This document shows, one piece after another, positions 41,789 through 53,317 of a DNA stretch of 64,000 nt. How positions within the stretch are numbered: position 1 is the stretch's first letter; each line of letters opens with the position of its first letter. Below the pieces are notes generated by a model that made no database searches, was not told the origin of the DNA, and saw only the letters and a list, made by a program, of their open reading frames with translations. Origin of the DNA: Octopus sinensis. Its lineage: Eukaryota. The DNA lies in the NCBI RefSeq assembly GCF_006345805.1, contig NC_043001.1, positions 77,996,001-78,060,000 on the forward strand. Reading direction: 5' to 3'. Position numbers and translations under genes: made by a program.

Positions 41789-41865
41789 TAAAACGATTTC
41801 TGCGTTCAGCTCCATTCTTCAATTCACCAATAATGTTATATATATATATATATATATATATATAG

Positions 41866-41902
<37 letters not shown>

Positions 41903-42152
41903 CTCTTTATATCTTATAAATGAATATTTTTATTCAATATTCAGTTATCTTATTTATTTTAATTTTCTTCACTTATTTCTGTGTTTACTTTATATTATTT
42001 TCTATGTTTCTTTATTTTACGTTATTAAACATTGTATTCTAATCGATCTGTTAACATTTCCCCTGCACATAATATCAAAATAATAAATCATCATATTTAG
42101 TCTGGTGGTATGAACTGATACGTCCGCATGTACAATTTTAAAGTAAATGCTG

Positions 42153-42246
42153 TCTCTGATGAAGTTATGCTCTAAAAATATAAATGCAAATTTAATGCGC
42201 AAATTTGTCATTTAATTTTGGACCACTAATCGAAACGGCTGTAAGA
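42153..42246 (+). ncRNA. Degenerate hammerhead-like motif in a probable old pLTR
   Basis: tct-CTGATGA-agttatg..cactaatc-GAAA-C ggct GTA-aga; stem II is poorly paired. Confidence 0.35.
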
Positions 42247-42570
42247 AGTAAAGATTACCAATTTGTTAATAAAAAATAAATATTAACTTTCAACCCTCCA
42301 ATTTCTTTCCCCCATAATTACCAGTGGAGCACTGGGATCGATGTAATCGACTTACCCAACTTTCAGATATTGCTGGCCTTGTACCAAAATTTCAAACCTA
42401 TATCATTCCATAGAAATATTTGTAGAGGATTTTAGCCTGCGAAATTCTCATCTCTAGAGCGTATATCGTTCAATGAGGAGCTGGGGGGATGTAAAAGGAT
42501 GTTGGAGTGAATATAATTAAACTTGACACTGTATCAAATCTGTATCAAATCTACCAAATATTGCCCCTGT

Positions 42571-42625
<55 letters not shown>

Positions 42626-43133
42626 TATATATGTACGTATTTCACACTGAATCTCCCTGAACATTACGTCGTCGGCAGCGACTAAACCGGCAACTCTCGG
42701 TTGGTGAGCAGGGTTTATTGGACACCCTACGGGATGAAAAACAAAACCCGTCAAAGGGAGGAGGAACTCTCGAGAGTCAACGGCCATCTAATAAATGTCT
42801 TAAGGCTATATCATGCGCAGGGATACAGAAATAATCGGACTGAATACCTGATCACGCGGTTAAACCATTGGGCATTTTTCTAGGAGAAGGTAACTCAGGT
42901 AACTGGGATAACTCTGACATAAAACCTGCGACTCAGCGGTTAACTATGATGTTGATTTGTTCTTCTTTTCGGATTATGGCTACTGTTGCTTAGTGAGTGG
43001 GATTGACTCAGTGCACAACCTTTCCTCACTTAAAAAAAATCTTCTTGCACAGGCATTACATGAAAACAACATTGATTAAGCTTCGTACAATGGCCATACT
43101 CAATAACGAGGGGGCAGCCACCATATATATATA

Positions 43134-43164
<31 letters not shown>

Positions 43165-43179
43165 CATATATACATATAT

Positions 43180-43255
<76 letters not shown>

Positions 43256-43258
<3 letters not shown>

Positions 43259-43606
43259 GGTGATTCAAAAGTCGCCATTCATAGGAACGATATCTTTTTT
43301 ATAAGAACAGATTTTTATTTAACAGGCTGTATATGGTTACAATAGTTTTGAATATGCAGTGCAATACGTTTACCCCCACTCATTGGGAACTCGTAATAGC
43401 ACAACTTGTGATACATGTGCACTTGAGTTGGCGATGCGTTCCTTCAAATGATTTGTCTTTTATCTTTCCGTTTTAACCCATGCCTTTCAATGGTCCCCAA
43501 AGATAGAAATCAAGAGGGGTCAGATCAGGGGATCTAGGCCACCTTATAAACTGTCTCTTATAGTAAAATAATTTTTCCTATGTATGGACACTTTTGAATC
43601 ACTCTG
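43256..43606 (-). mobile_element. Internally deleted Tc1/mariner element with intact TIRs and TA TSD
   Basis: TA-cagggtgattcaaaagt ... acttttgaatcactctg-TA. The interior minus strand encodes a ..RSPDLTPLDFYLWG..LKERIAN.. transposase C-terminus. Confidence 0.85.
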
Positions 43607-43789
43607 TATATAAATAAATATATATATATATATATAAAATAAATATAGAGAGTGGTCACTATATGGCTCACTCTAGCACCAGTTAATCCAAAAGGTTTCA
43701 ACCACAAAAATACATGTTTCCCATGAAAGTCAGTACGATTGTTAGCTCACACGGACACAGGGCAAATAAAAAAAACAAAATACAGATTA

Positions 43790-43870
43790 TTTTGGGACAA
43801 TTGTTTCGCTATTATGAATTAAATGTAATTTTACTTACAAAAAAATCCACTTGTAGCTCGTCAGCCAAAA
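43790..43870 (-). ncRNA. Type I hammerhead ribozyme, array unit 1
   Basis: Minus strand TTTTGG-CTGACGA-GCTA..TAGC-GAAA-C aatt GTC-CCAAAA. Confidence 0.9.
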
Positions 43871-44320
43871 CTATCTGATGAAATCCACTCAATCACACGC
43901 CAGATTTTACCATAACGATAAATACGCGTGTGGTTCAATTGATTACATCCGACGTTATAATTCAAATGCCCCAACTAACAGCGCGCCAAACTTTCACGGA
44001 AAACAAATACTGCATTTAGAAATAAATGCAGCATAATTATAATTAATTAATAAGGGTGAGAGAATTAGATACTAATTTAATAGTATATCCATTCAACACC
44101 AAGTGGCCTAGTGCTCCGAGAAACCTGGATTATTATAATATTTTATAATATATTATAATATTTTTACAAAATAAATATAAGAGAGTGGTCACTATATGGC
44201 TCACTCTAGCACCAGTTAATCCAAAAGTTTCAACCACAAAAATACATGTTTCCCATGAAAGTCAGTACGATTGTTAGCTCACACGGACAGGGCAAATAAA
44301 AAATAACAAAATACAGATTA

Positions 44321-44402
44321 TTTTGGGACAATTGTTTCGCTATTAATGAATTAAATGTAATTTTACTTACAAAAAAATCCACTTGTAGCTCGTCAGCCAA
44401 AA
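44321..44402 (-). ncRNA. Type I hammerhead ribozyme, array unit 2
   Basis: Same intact fold as unit 1. Confidence 0.9.
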
Positions 44403-44852
44403 CTATCTGGATGAAATCCACTCAATCACACGCCAGATTTTACCATAACGATAAATACGCGTGTGGTTCAATTGATTACATCCGACGTTATAATTCAAAT
44501 GCCCCAACTAACAGCGCGCCAAACTTCACGGAAAACAAATACTGCATTTAGAAATAAATGCAGCATAATTATAATTAATTAATAAGGGTGAGAGAATTAG
44601 ATACTAATTTAATAGTATATCTATTCAACACCAAGTGGCCTAGTGCTCCGAGAAACCTGGATTATTATAATATTTTATAATATATTATAATATTTTTACA
44701 AAATAAATATAAGAGAGTGGTCACTATATGGCTCACTCTAGCACCAGTTAATCCAAAAGGTTTCAACCCAAAAAATACTGTTTCCCATGAAAGTCAGTAC
44801 GATTGTTAGCTCACACGGACAGGGCAAATAAAAAATAACAAAATACAGATTA

Positions 44853-44934
44853 TTTTGGGACAATTGTTTCGCTATTAATGAATTAAATGTAATTTTACTT
44901 ACAAAAAAATCCACTTGTAGCTCGTCAGCCAAAA
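44853..44934 (-). ncRNA. Type I hammerhead ribozyme, array unit 3
   Basis: Same intact fold as unit 1. Confidence 0.9.
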
Positions 44935-45381
44935 CTATCTGGATGAAATCCACTCAATCACACGCCAGATTTTACCATAACGATAAATACGCGTGTGGTT
45001 CAATGATTACATCCGACGTTATAATTCAAATGCCCCAACTAACAGCGCGCAAACTTTCACGGAAAACAAATACTGCATTTAGAAATAAATGCAGCATAAT
45101 TATAATTAATTAATAAGGGTGAGAGATTAGATACTAATTTAATAGTATATCTATTCAACACCAAGTGGCCTAGTGCTCCGAGAAACCTGGATTATTATAA
45201 TATTTTATAATATATAAATATTTTTACAAAATAAATATAAGAGAGTGGTCACTATATGGCTCACTCTAGCACCAGTTAATCCAAAAGGTTTCAACCACAA
45301 AAATACATGTTTCCCATGAAAGTCAGTACGATTGTTAGCTCACACGGACAGGGCAAATAAAAAATAACAAAATACAGATTA

Positions 45382-45461
45382 TTTTGGGACAATTGTTTCG
45401 CTATTAATGAATTAAATGTAATTTTACTTACAAAAAAATCCACTTGTAGCTCGTCAGCAAA
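45382..45461 (-). ncRNA. Type I hammerhead ribozyme, array unit 4
   Basis: Core intact; the stem I 5' strand is shortened (plus strand caaa instead of ccaaaa). Confidence 0.8.
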
Positions 45462-45910
45462 CTATCTGGATGAAATCCACTCAATCACACGCCAGATTTT
45501 ACCATAACGATAAATACGCGTGTGGTTCAATTGATTACATCCGACGTTATAATTCAAATGCCCCAACTAACAGCGCGCCAAACTTTCACGGAAAACAAAT
45601 ACTGCATTAGAAATAAATGCAGCATAATTATAATTAATTAATAAAGGTGAGAGAATTAGATACTAATTTAATAGTATATCTATTCAACACCAAGTGGCCT
45701 AGTGCTCCGAGAAACTGGATTATTATAATATTTTATAATATATTATAATATTTTTACAAAATAAATATAAGAGAGTGGTCACTATATGGCTCACTCTAGC
45801 ACCAGTTAATCCAAAGGTTTCAACCACAAAAATACATGTTTCCCATGAAAGTCAGTACGATTGTTAGCTCATACGGACAGGGCAAATAAAAAATAACAAA
45901 ATACAGATTA

Positions 45911-45992
45911 TTTTGGGACAATTGTTTCGCTATTAATGAATTAAATGTAATTTTACTTACAAAAAAATCCACTTGTAGCTCGTCAGCCAAAA
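45911..45992 (-). ncRNA. Type I hammerhead ribozyme, array unit 5
   Basis: Same intact fold as unit 1. Confidence 0.9.
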
Positions 45993-46441
45993 CTATCTGG
46001 ATGAAATCCACTCAATCACACGCCAGATTTTACCATAACGATAAATACGCGTGTGTTCAATGATTACATCCGACGTTATAATTCAAATGCCCCAACTAAC
46101 AGCGCGCCAAACTTTCACGGAAAACAAATACTGCATTTAGAAATAAATGCAGCATAATTATAATTAATTAATAAGGGTGAGAGAATTAGATACTAATTTA
46201 ATAGTATATCTATTCAACACCAAGTGGCCTAGTGCTCCGAGAAACTGGATTATTATAATATTTTATAATATATTATAATATTTTTACAAAATAAATATAA
46301 GAGAGTGGTCACTATATGGCTCACTCTAGCACCAGTTAATCCAAAAGGTTTCAACCACAAAAATACATGTTTCCCATGAAAGTCAGTACGATTGTTAGCT
46401 CACACGGACAGGGCAAATAAAAAATAACAAAATACAGATTA

Positions 46442-46523
46442 TTTTGGGACAATTGTTTCGCTATTAATGAATTAAATGTAATTTTACTTACAAAAAAATC
46501 CATTTGTAGCTCGTCAGCCAATA
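46442..46523 (-). ncRNA. Type I hammerhead ribozyme, array unit 6
   Basis: Core intact; one stem I mismatch (plus strand ccaata). Confidence 0.85.
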
Positions 46524-46875
46524 CTATCTGGATGAAATCCACTCAATCACACGCCAGATTTTACCATAACGATAAATACGCGTGTGGTTCAATTGATTAC
46601 ATCCGACGTTATAATTCAAATGCCCCAACTAACAGCGCGCCAAACTTTCACGGAAAACAAATACTGCATTTAGAAATAAATGCAGCATAATTATAATTAA
46701 TTAATAAGGGTGAGAGAATTAGATACTAATTTAATAGTATATCTATTCAACACCAAGGCCACTTGGTGTTGAATAGATATACTATTAAATTAGTATCTAA
46801 TTCTCTCACCCTTATTAATTAATTATTTATATATATTATATATATATATATATATAATATATATATATATATATA

Positions 46876-47030
46876 CGATGGTCTCCTTTCGGTTTCCCTC
46901 TACCAAATCCAATCACAAGGCTTTGGTCGACCTGAGAGTATAGTAGAAAACACTTGCCCATGGTACCACGCAGTGGAACTGAACCAGAGGCCACGTGATT
47001 ATGAAGAAACCTTCTTAACGCACGGCCAAA
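46876..47030 (-). mobile_element. tRNA-derived SINE family B
   Basis: tttcggtttccctctaccaaatcc..cacttgcccatggtaccacgcagtggaactgaacc. Confidence 0.75.
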
Positions 47031-47045
47031 TATTATATGTATATA

Positions 47046-47085
<40 letters not shown>

Positions 47086-47372
47086 TATATATATATATAT
47101 TATATATATGTATATATTTACATACACATGCATACACACACACACACGCTCGCACACACATGTTCTCTCTAAAATCAAAGATCCTTCGATTCTCTCTGTT
47201 TTATCTTGATTACACTTAAATTTTATCTTTTTCTTTATTCTTTCTCTCTCTCTCTCTTCGTCATTCCTCTATCCACATATATATATAAGTTCCATATACG
47301 TATATTCATACACTATACACTATGTATATGTATATACATGTATAATATATATATATATAATATATAATATAT

Positions 47373-47423
<51 letters not shown>

Positions 47424-47439
47424 ATATATATGTATATAT

Positions 47440-47482
<43 letters not shown>

Positions 47483-48504
47483 TACATGTATATATATATA
47501 TGCCACAAACATGCATACGCACGTCTACCATTGTCTTTCTCTATACACATCCTTTCCCACTTTCTTATCCATCCTTCCAACATGAGAATAGTATTGTTGA
47601 ATTGTTGCATATACAATTGAAACGAGGGTTTCGTATTTAGCGCAGAAAATTCCAATTCATTCGTGTGAATCATTAATTTTTGATTGATGGTATAATGTTG
47701 ATTTTTCGTCATTGAAACCTTGTGAAAATTGTTTCTATTGTTATTGTTACTGGTGATGTTGTTCTTGTTACAATTATTGTTTATATTACTTGTGTCATCT
47801 TCCTCTTTATTGTTGTTATGTTCATGCTCTAAGGAAATGTCTCTTTATGCTTCGTGTCCGCAACGCTATTACAATATTCTCATACATTTATTAGTTGTAC
47901 TGTTTAACTTTCCAGATTGTATTAATAGATTGTCATCTTTCACCAAATGTTTTGGCTTTAAGCCAAAAGTTGAGAAACCATTATCTTTATTGATTATGCT
48001 TTGATAAAATACTCCAACTATTTTCTTAAAAAATATAGTTACACCTTGAAAAACATGTATAAAAACTTAAAAAGTACAAATGGTATGAGAAAATTCAGTA
48101 AAAATAATTACGTTTCCTTGTATTACTATTTTTCTTGAATGTATCTATGTCTTTAATTATACATAATTTTTCACTATGTTTAAAGAAATGAATGTATACT
48201 GTTCGTACTGTGCCAACATTCGTGATGTATGCTTCTTGGTATCAAAATTCTTGTGTTGTAAGGGATGTCATTTTTAGTAAATGATCTACGTCTTTCCATT
48301 TACAAAACGTAGAACTGTTAAATTCCAGTCAAAAATCACAAAGACATGTAATGTTTTATTCTTGGCTTTTCTAAACAGGTTCATATTCGCATTGAGTATT
48401 CTTGTGAGGCAAGATTATTTCCAAAATGATTTTCCAGCTTGTCATATTATCATTTTTCATTCTCGTTTGCACGCCAACCACACTAAATTAGTAATTTAGT
48501 GAGC

Positions 48505-48508
48505 TCTC

Positions 48509-48599
<91 letters not shown>

Positions 48600-48642
48600 G
48601 TATATGTATGTATATATATGTATATATATATATGTATATATA

Positions 48643-48681
<39 letters not shown>

Positions 48682-48869
48682 GCATATATATAATATATAT
48701 ATATCTATATGTATATGTATGTATATGTATATATATATATGTATGTATATACATGTATATATATGTATATATATTATATATAATATATATATATATGTAT
48801 ATATTTGTATGTATATATATGTATGTATATATATAATATATGTATATATATATACTTACACACACACAC

Positions 48870-48930
<61 letters not shown>

Positions 48931-48985
48931 TATATCTATATCTATATATATATATATACACATACATATATACATATATATATAG
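48505..48985. repeat. Long (AT)n/(ATGT)n microsatellite
   Basis: Seen directly. Confidence 0.95.
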
Positions 48986-49069
48986 TAGGGAGCAGTGTGT
49001 TATACTGACCCATTGCTTGACTATTTCTTACGAAAATTATTTTTCTTTTACATAATCCTTTCTACTACA

Positions 49070-49268
49070 GGCATTGTGCCTCTGATATTTTGCTGGAAGC
49101 AGCTAGTCGATTACCCCGACTCCAGCGCTCAACCGGTACTTATTCTATCATTCTCGAAAGGACGAAAGCCGGTGATGACCTTAGCTGATTTCCAGCTCAG
49201 CATGTAATGAGAGACGAAATTCCACAAAACACATCGCCCGGCGTGCTAACGACACCTACAGCAGCGCC
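49070..49268 (-). mobile_element. SINE family A (diverged)
   Basis: ctagtcgattaccccgactccagcgctcaaccggtactt..cgcccggcgtgctaacg. Confidence 0.65.
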
Positions 49269-49871
49269 AACTTTTCCCCATTTAATAATAAGCACCTATA
49301 CATAACTTCAATGACGGATGCTTTATTGCAAATGCATTAAATATAGATGTGCAAGCGCAGAGTGCATGCTGTGAAAACAGCAGTTACGCGCAACGAAGAT
49401 GCTGTCATGTGTGTTTCCCCTACATTGCTGAGTAACATTTAATTTAATGTATTGAAGTGTTTGATGACTTTATTACAAATGACATACGAAATATTCCTGG
49501 TACCAGTAGGGAATATAATATCAACAATCGGGAAGCTACCATTTGAATAATATGTATAATCTGGTATATATATATATATCTAATGTAGGATAAAATTTTT
49601 TTCTAAAAAAATTATTTTCCCAAAGAAATTTATCAATGGCCAGAATATTAAAAAATATCTTTAAAGGTTAAATTTATAAACAATTCCTAAATAAGGGCAA
49701 ACGAAAAAATTTCTAATGCCAAATATACCGAAAATTTGGACATATTGTCCATTAACCATTACTTTTTTCATAATCCGCACGTTACTCGAAAAAAGGTCGA
49801 CGGAAATTTCTAAAAAATTCCATTATTACCATATCGGACCGAGTTCAGGGTTAGTTTATAACAGCCCTAGG

Positions 49872-49914
<43 letters not shown>

Positions 49915-49917
<3 letters not shown>

Positions 49918-50098
49918 AATACCAAAAAGAACAAACAATAAGAACAACAACGGGAGGACGTATATATTAGCAGACGCTCAGGAAAGGAAAGAAATATGAT
50001 TTAACGTTTCGAGCTGACGCTCTTCTTCGGAAACAGAGCAAAGTCCAAAAGAAAGGAAGACGGAGAAAGAAAATTGCCAACGATTCACATGTGGTTAC

Positions 50099-50100
<2 letters not shown>
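49915..50100 (-). mobile_element. Penelope pseudo-LTR-like repeat with minimal hammerhead-like motif (49999-50034)
   Basis: Minus strand gttt-CCGAAGA-A-GAGC gtca GCTC-GAAA-C GTT-aaat; ACGT palindromic stem III with no loop; embedded in (AT)n. Confidence 0.55.
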
Positions 50101-50141
<41 letters not shown>

Positions 50142-50265
50142 TATATATATCACGTGAACACGTGACCGACCAGACCATCAGATGTTACTACACATCGCTG
50201 GTCACAATGCGTTCGCGTTGTTTTAGCCTTCGGACGACGCCACCCCGCTGGCTAAGCGAGCAGGC

Positions 50266-50321
<56 letters not shown>

Positions 50322-50601
50322 TATATATATACATATATATATGTACATACATGTGTATACATATATAAATATATATATATTCATATACAAATGTTTTTTC
50401 ATAGCTGGCGAACCATGAGCAAAATAACTCAACTAACAATATATCTTAACAGTTACCCTAATCAGGTTGGTTCATGCCTTTTATCCTTAAATTTAACCAC
50501 TACAGGGTAGTTACACTAAACAGAAAATTATTGCTTGCAGGAAATGATGAGGCAGTGCATTGAAAGTTTGAAATTATATACACAAATACACAAACACACA
50601 G

Positions 50602-50654
<53 letters not shown>

Positions 50655-51010
50655 CATGTATGTTCTAATTGCAGAAGGGTGATTATCACTATAAATACAA
50701 TAAAGTTTTCCTTAATGATACGTCGTGGTTTCGTGTCCAACCACGCTTGGGACATCCCATGGAAACTTCCAAGTAACTACAGTAGTGAAATGTACGTAGG
50801 AAAAAATGACATCAACCTTCTTCACGAAACAAAGATTTAGCTTCAAGAAAACAAAGATAAACATCCATATCTTCTACAAAACGTCTTGAGCACTTCCTTC
50901 TCATTCGTTTGCCATAAAGAAACGAGTGTATATGTATCACTCACTCAATCAATCAATCAATCTATCTCTATCTCTGTCTGTCTGTCTACCTATCTATCTA
51001 TCTATCTATA

Positions 51011-51080
<70 letters not shown>

Positions 51081-52551
51081 AATGTGTCTAAATGTAAGTC
51101 TATCTATTAGTTTGATATAAATGACACTTGTATATATATGTATGTGTCTATATGCATGCAGACATACATAGATTTAAATACACACACACACATACCTTAT
51201 ATACATACGTACATACACACACACATATATGTGTGTATATGTATACATGTATATTTGCACTTGCACATATTGTGAGTTTGCAAGAGTGCATGTACTCAGA
51301 TATATTTATATAATTATTGCACTCATTGATTGAAGTTGAGTTTATATATATGTTTTCTCTTGTAATTCGGCGTGTTGCAGAATGATCTGTGAAACCTGTA
51401 TTAATCTGTACACTGTATGCATGTTATATTTAGCACAGCGTAGTAGAACATAACAACATAGCAAGACAAGGCATAGAGCATACAGAACCGAAGAAGTTCG
51501 GTTTTGATTAAAATGTCAAGGTGAAACCTTTTCAATCCTTGCAATACATTTTAATTTTGTGAGATTTCCCAAATATCATTGTTGTATGTGTTCATAGGGC
51601 ACAATATGTACGTACATAAATCTCAAGACGTTTCTTACAATATCATGGCTACCAGGATGGTTGCCCAAGTGGCACTGAAACGAAGTTCAATAATAGAAAC
51701 AAATGGATTTCTAGTGAAACTCTAGGGACATTTCTTTCACGAAAATTCGATATAAACCAAAAAAAAAAAGGTTGACCTTTGCCAATATGGAAAAAGGAGA
51801 AAGGCGGTAACTTATTGATCCTAGCTAGGCCAGCTTCCAACACTTTGGAAAATCCGTCATACATACTTCACTCAGTATTCACCCCAAACGCCCGAATGAA
51901 TGTTAAGCCATATTGTGCAAAATATTATTTATCATGTCAACTTCTGTGATGCTGGAATGTTGCCAGGACAACAGGTATATAAAGGTATATCTTTTGTGTG
52001 TGCGCATATGAGTAGAGTAGGAAGGTAAGATTGTTGTAATCTATGCATACAAACAAGCGCACGCGTACACACACACACACAAGCACACACAAACACACAC
52101 TCACATGTATATACATACATATATATAAGTACATACTTACTCCCATATATATACGTACATACATCTGTATGTTGTGCGCATCTAGGTTTTATAATGTATA
52201 TGCCTAAATATGTGGTAATCTTAACATACGTCAGTGTGTGTGTGTGTATGTATGTATACACACACACACATACACACACATATATATATATATATATACA
52301 GACACATATATACACACACACACATTTATATATAGTTACAGGATTGGCTGTGTGGTAAGCAGCTTGCTTTCGAACCACATGGTTGCGCGCCTGCGCGCAT
52401 ATGTGTACACAGATTTTAGCGTTTACGTGCCGTATACTGGTTGCATATGAAGCACATGTGAGAATTTGCTTAATTATGAATGTGGTTAAATGTGAAAGTA
52501 GAACGGATTATTTAAGGAGATTCCTTATTTACAAAGTCTAAGATTTTTTGC

Positions 52552-52648
52552 ATAGGCGCAAACGTGGCTGTGTCGAAGGAGCGTGCTTCCTAACAACACG
52601 ATTTGGGTGTTCAGTTCCACTGCGTGGCATTTTCGGCGATACCTGTCG
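52552..52648 (+). mobile_element. tRNA-derived SINE family B (diverged, internally shortened)
   Basis: ggcgcaaacgtggctgtgtcgaaggagcgtgcttcc..ttcagttccactgcgtggc. Confidence 0.6.
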
Positions 52649-52649
52649 T

Positions 52650-52683
<34 letters not shown>

Positions 52684-52727
52684 CAAAATAGATGAACATC
52701 AATGGAATTTGTACCTTTGTGGTACCA

Positions 52728-52942
52728 GTGCCGGTGGCACACAAGAAAGCCATCCGAACGTGGCCGTAGCCAGTACCGCACCGACTGGCCTCCGTGCTGT
52801 GGGCACGTAACAAACACCATCCTATCGTGGCCGTTCGCCAGCCTCATCTGGCACCTGTGTCGGTGGCACATAAAACACATCGAGCGTGGCCGTCTGCCAG
52901 CCTCGTCTGGCACCTGTGTCGGTGGGCAATAAAAAAACACCA
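52728..52942 (+). repeat. Tandem ~60-66-bp GC-rich subrepeats (about 3.4 copies)
   Basis: gtgccggtggcac..cgtggccg..gccag..ctggc unit repeated. Confidence 0.75.
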
Positions 52943-53227
52943 TTCTCTAGCCTTGTCCTGTCTTTCCACCTGCCTTTCTGTGCTATATAATATATATATA
53001 TATATAATATATATATTATGTGAAATAGAAAGATGAATAATCTTGTAGTAGATTAATCAAAAGTTTAACCGATACCTTAGTAGCAAAAATCACACAGCAG
53101 TGAACAGCACGGTTGGAGGTAACACCATATGGCGTTGCAACCGTGCGTTGGTGCGGATAATTGAAATTAAAACATATTGGTGAATTGAAGAAATGGAGCT
53201 GAACGCAGATTGAACAGAAATCGTTTT

Positions 53228-53317
53228 TTTCATTCTACACGTGTTTCGAAAGGCACAAATTACCAAAATCCGATTGAATAATGGGACCATATTGTGTCTT
53301 TCTCTTCAGGAAGAAAA
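53228..53317 (-). ncRNA. Type I hammerhead ribozyme in PLE 3' pLTR (left arm)
   Basis: ttttcttc-CTGAAGA-GAAAGACACAA..TTGTGCCTTTC-GAAA-C acgt GTA-gaatgaaa on the minus strand. Confidence 0.8.

Larger units (their letters stand above)
41311..41836. mobile_element. Mini, ORF-less derivative of the 53-58.7 kb Penelope-like element: 3' tail + pLTR (minus) fused to an inverted pLTR fragment
   Basis: 41311-41694 matches 53017-53403; 41695-41836 matches 58528-58676 on the plus strand; flanked by (AT)n. Confidence 0.85.
43636..46826 (-). mobile_element. Tandem array of six ~530-bp units, each carrying a hammerhead ribozyme (retrozyme-like / tandem pLTR), with a terminal fold-back
   Basis: Unit starts at about 43636, 44168, 44700, 45228, 45758 and 46288. 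Units are near-identical, differing mostly by homopolymer indels. The last unit is truncated at 46757 and followed by an inverted copy. Both ends lie in (AT)n. Confidence 0.9.

Noticed and set aside
44230-44421. Repeated 63-aa ORF MDFIQIVLADEL.. in the array units
   Set aside because: Short, overlaps the HHR, has no recognisable motif, and is disrupted in some units; probably incidental. Ribosome profiling would be needed to revisit it.
43636-46757. Tandem array as a CRISPR array or ordinary satellite
   Set aside because: Units are near-identical over their full length with no unique spacers and no cas genes, in a eukaryotic context; the HHR explains the unit better.
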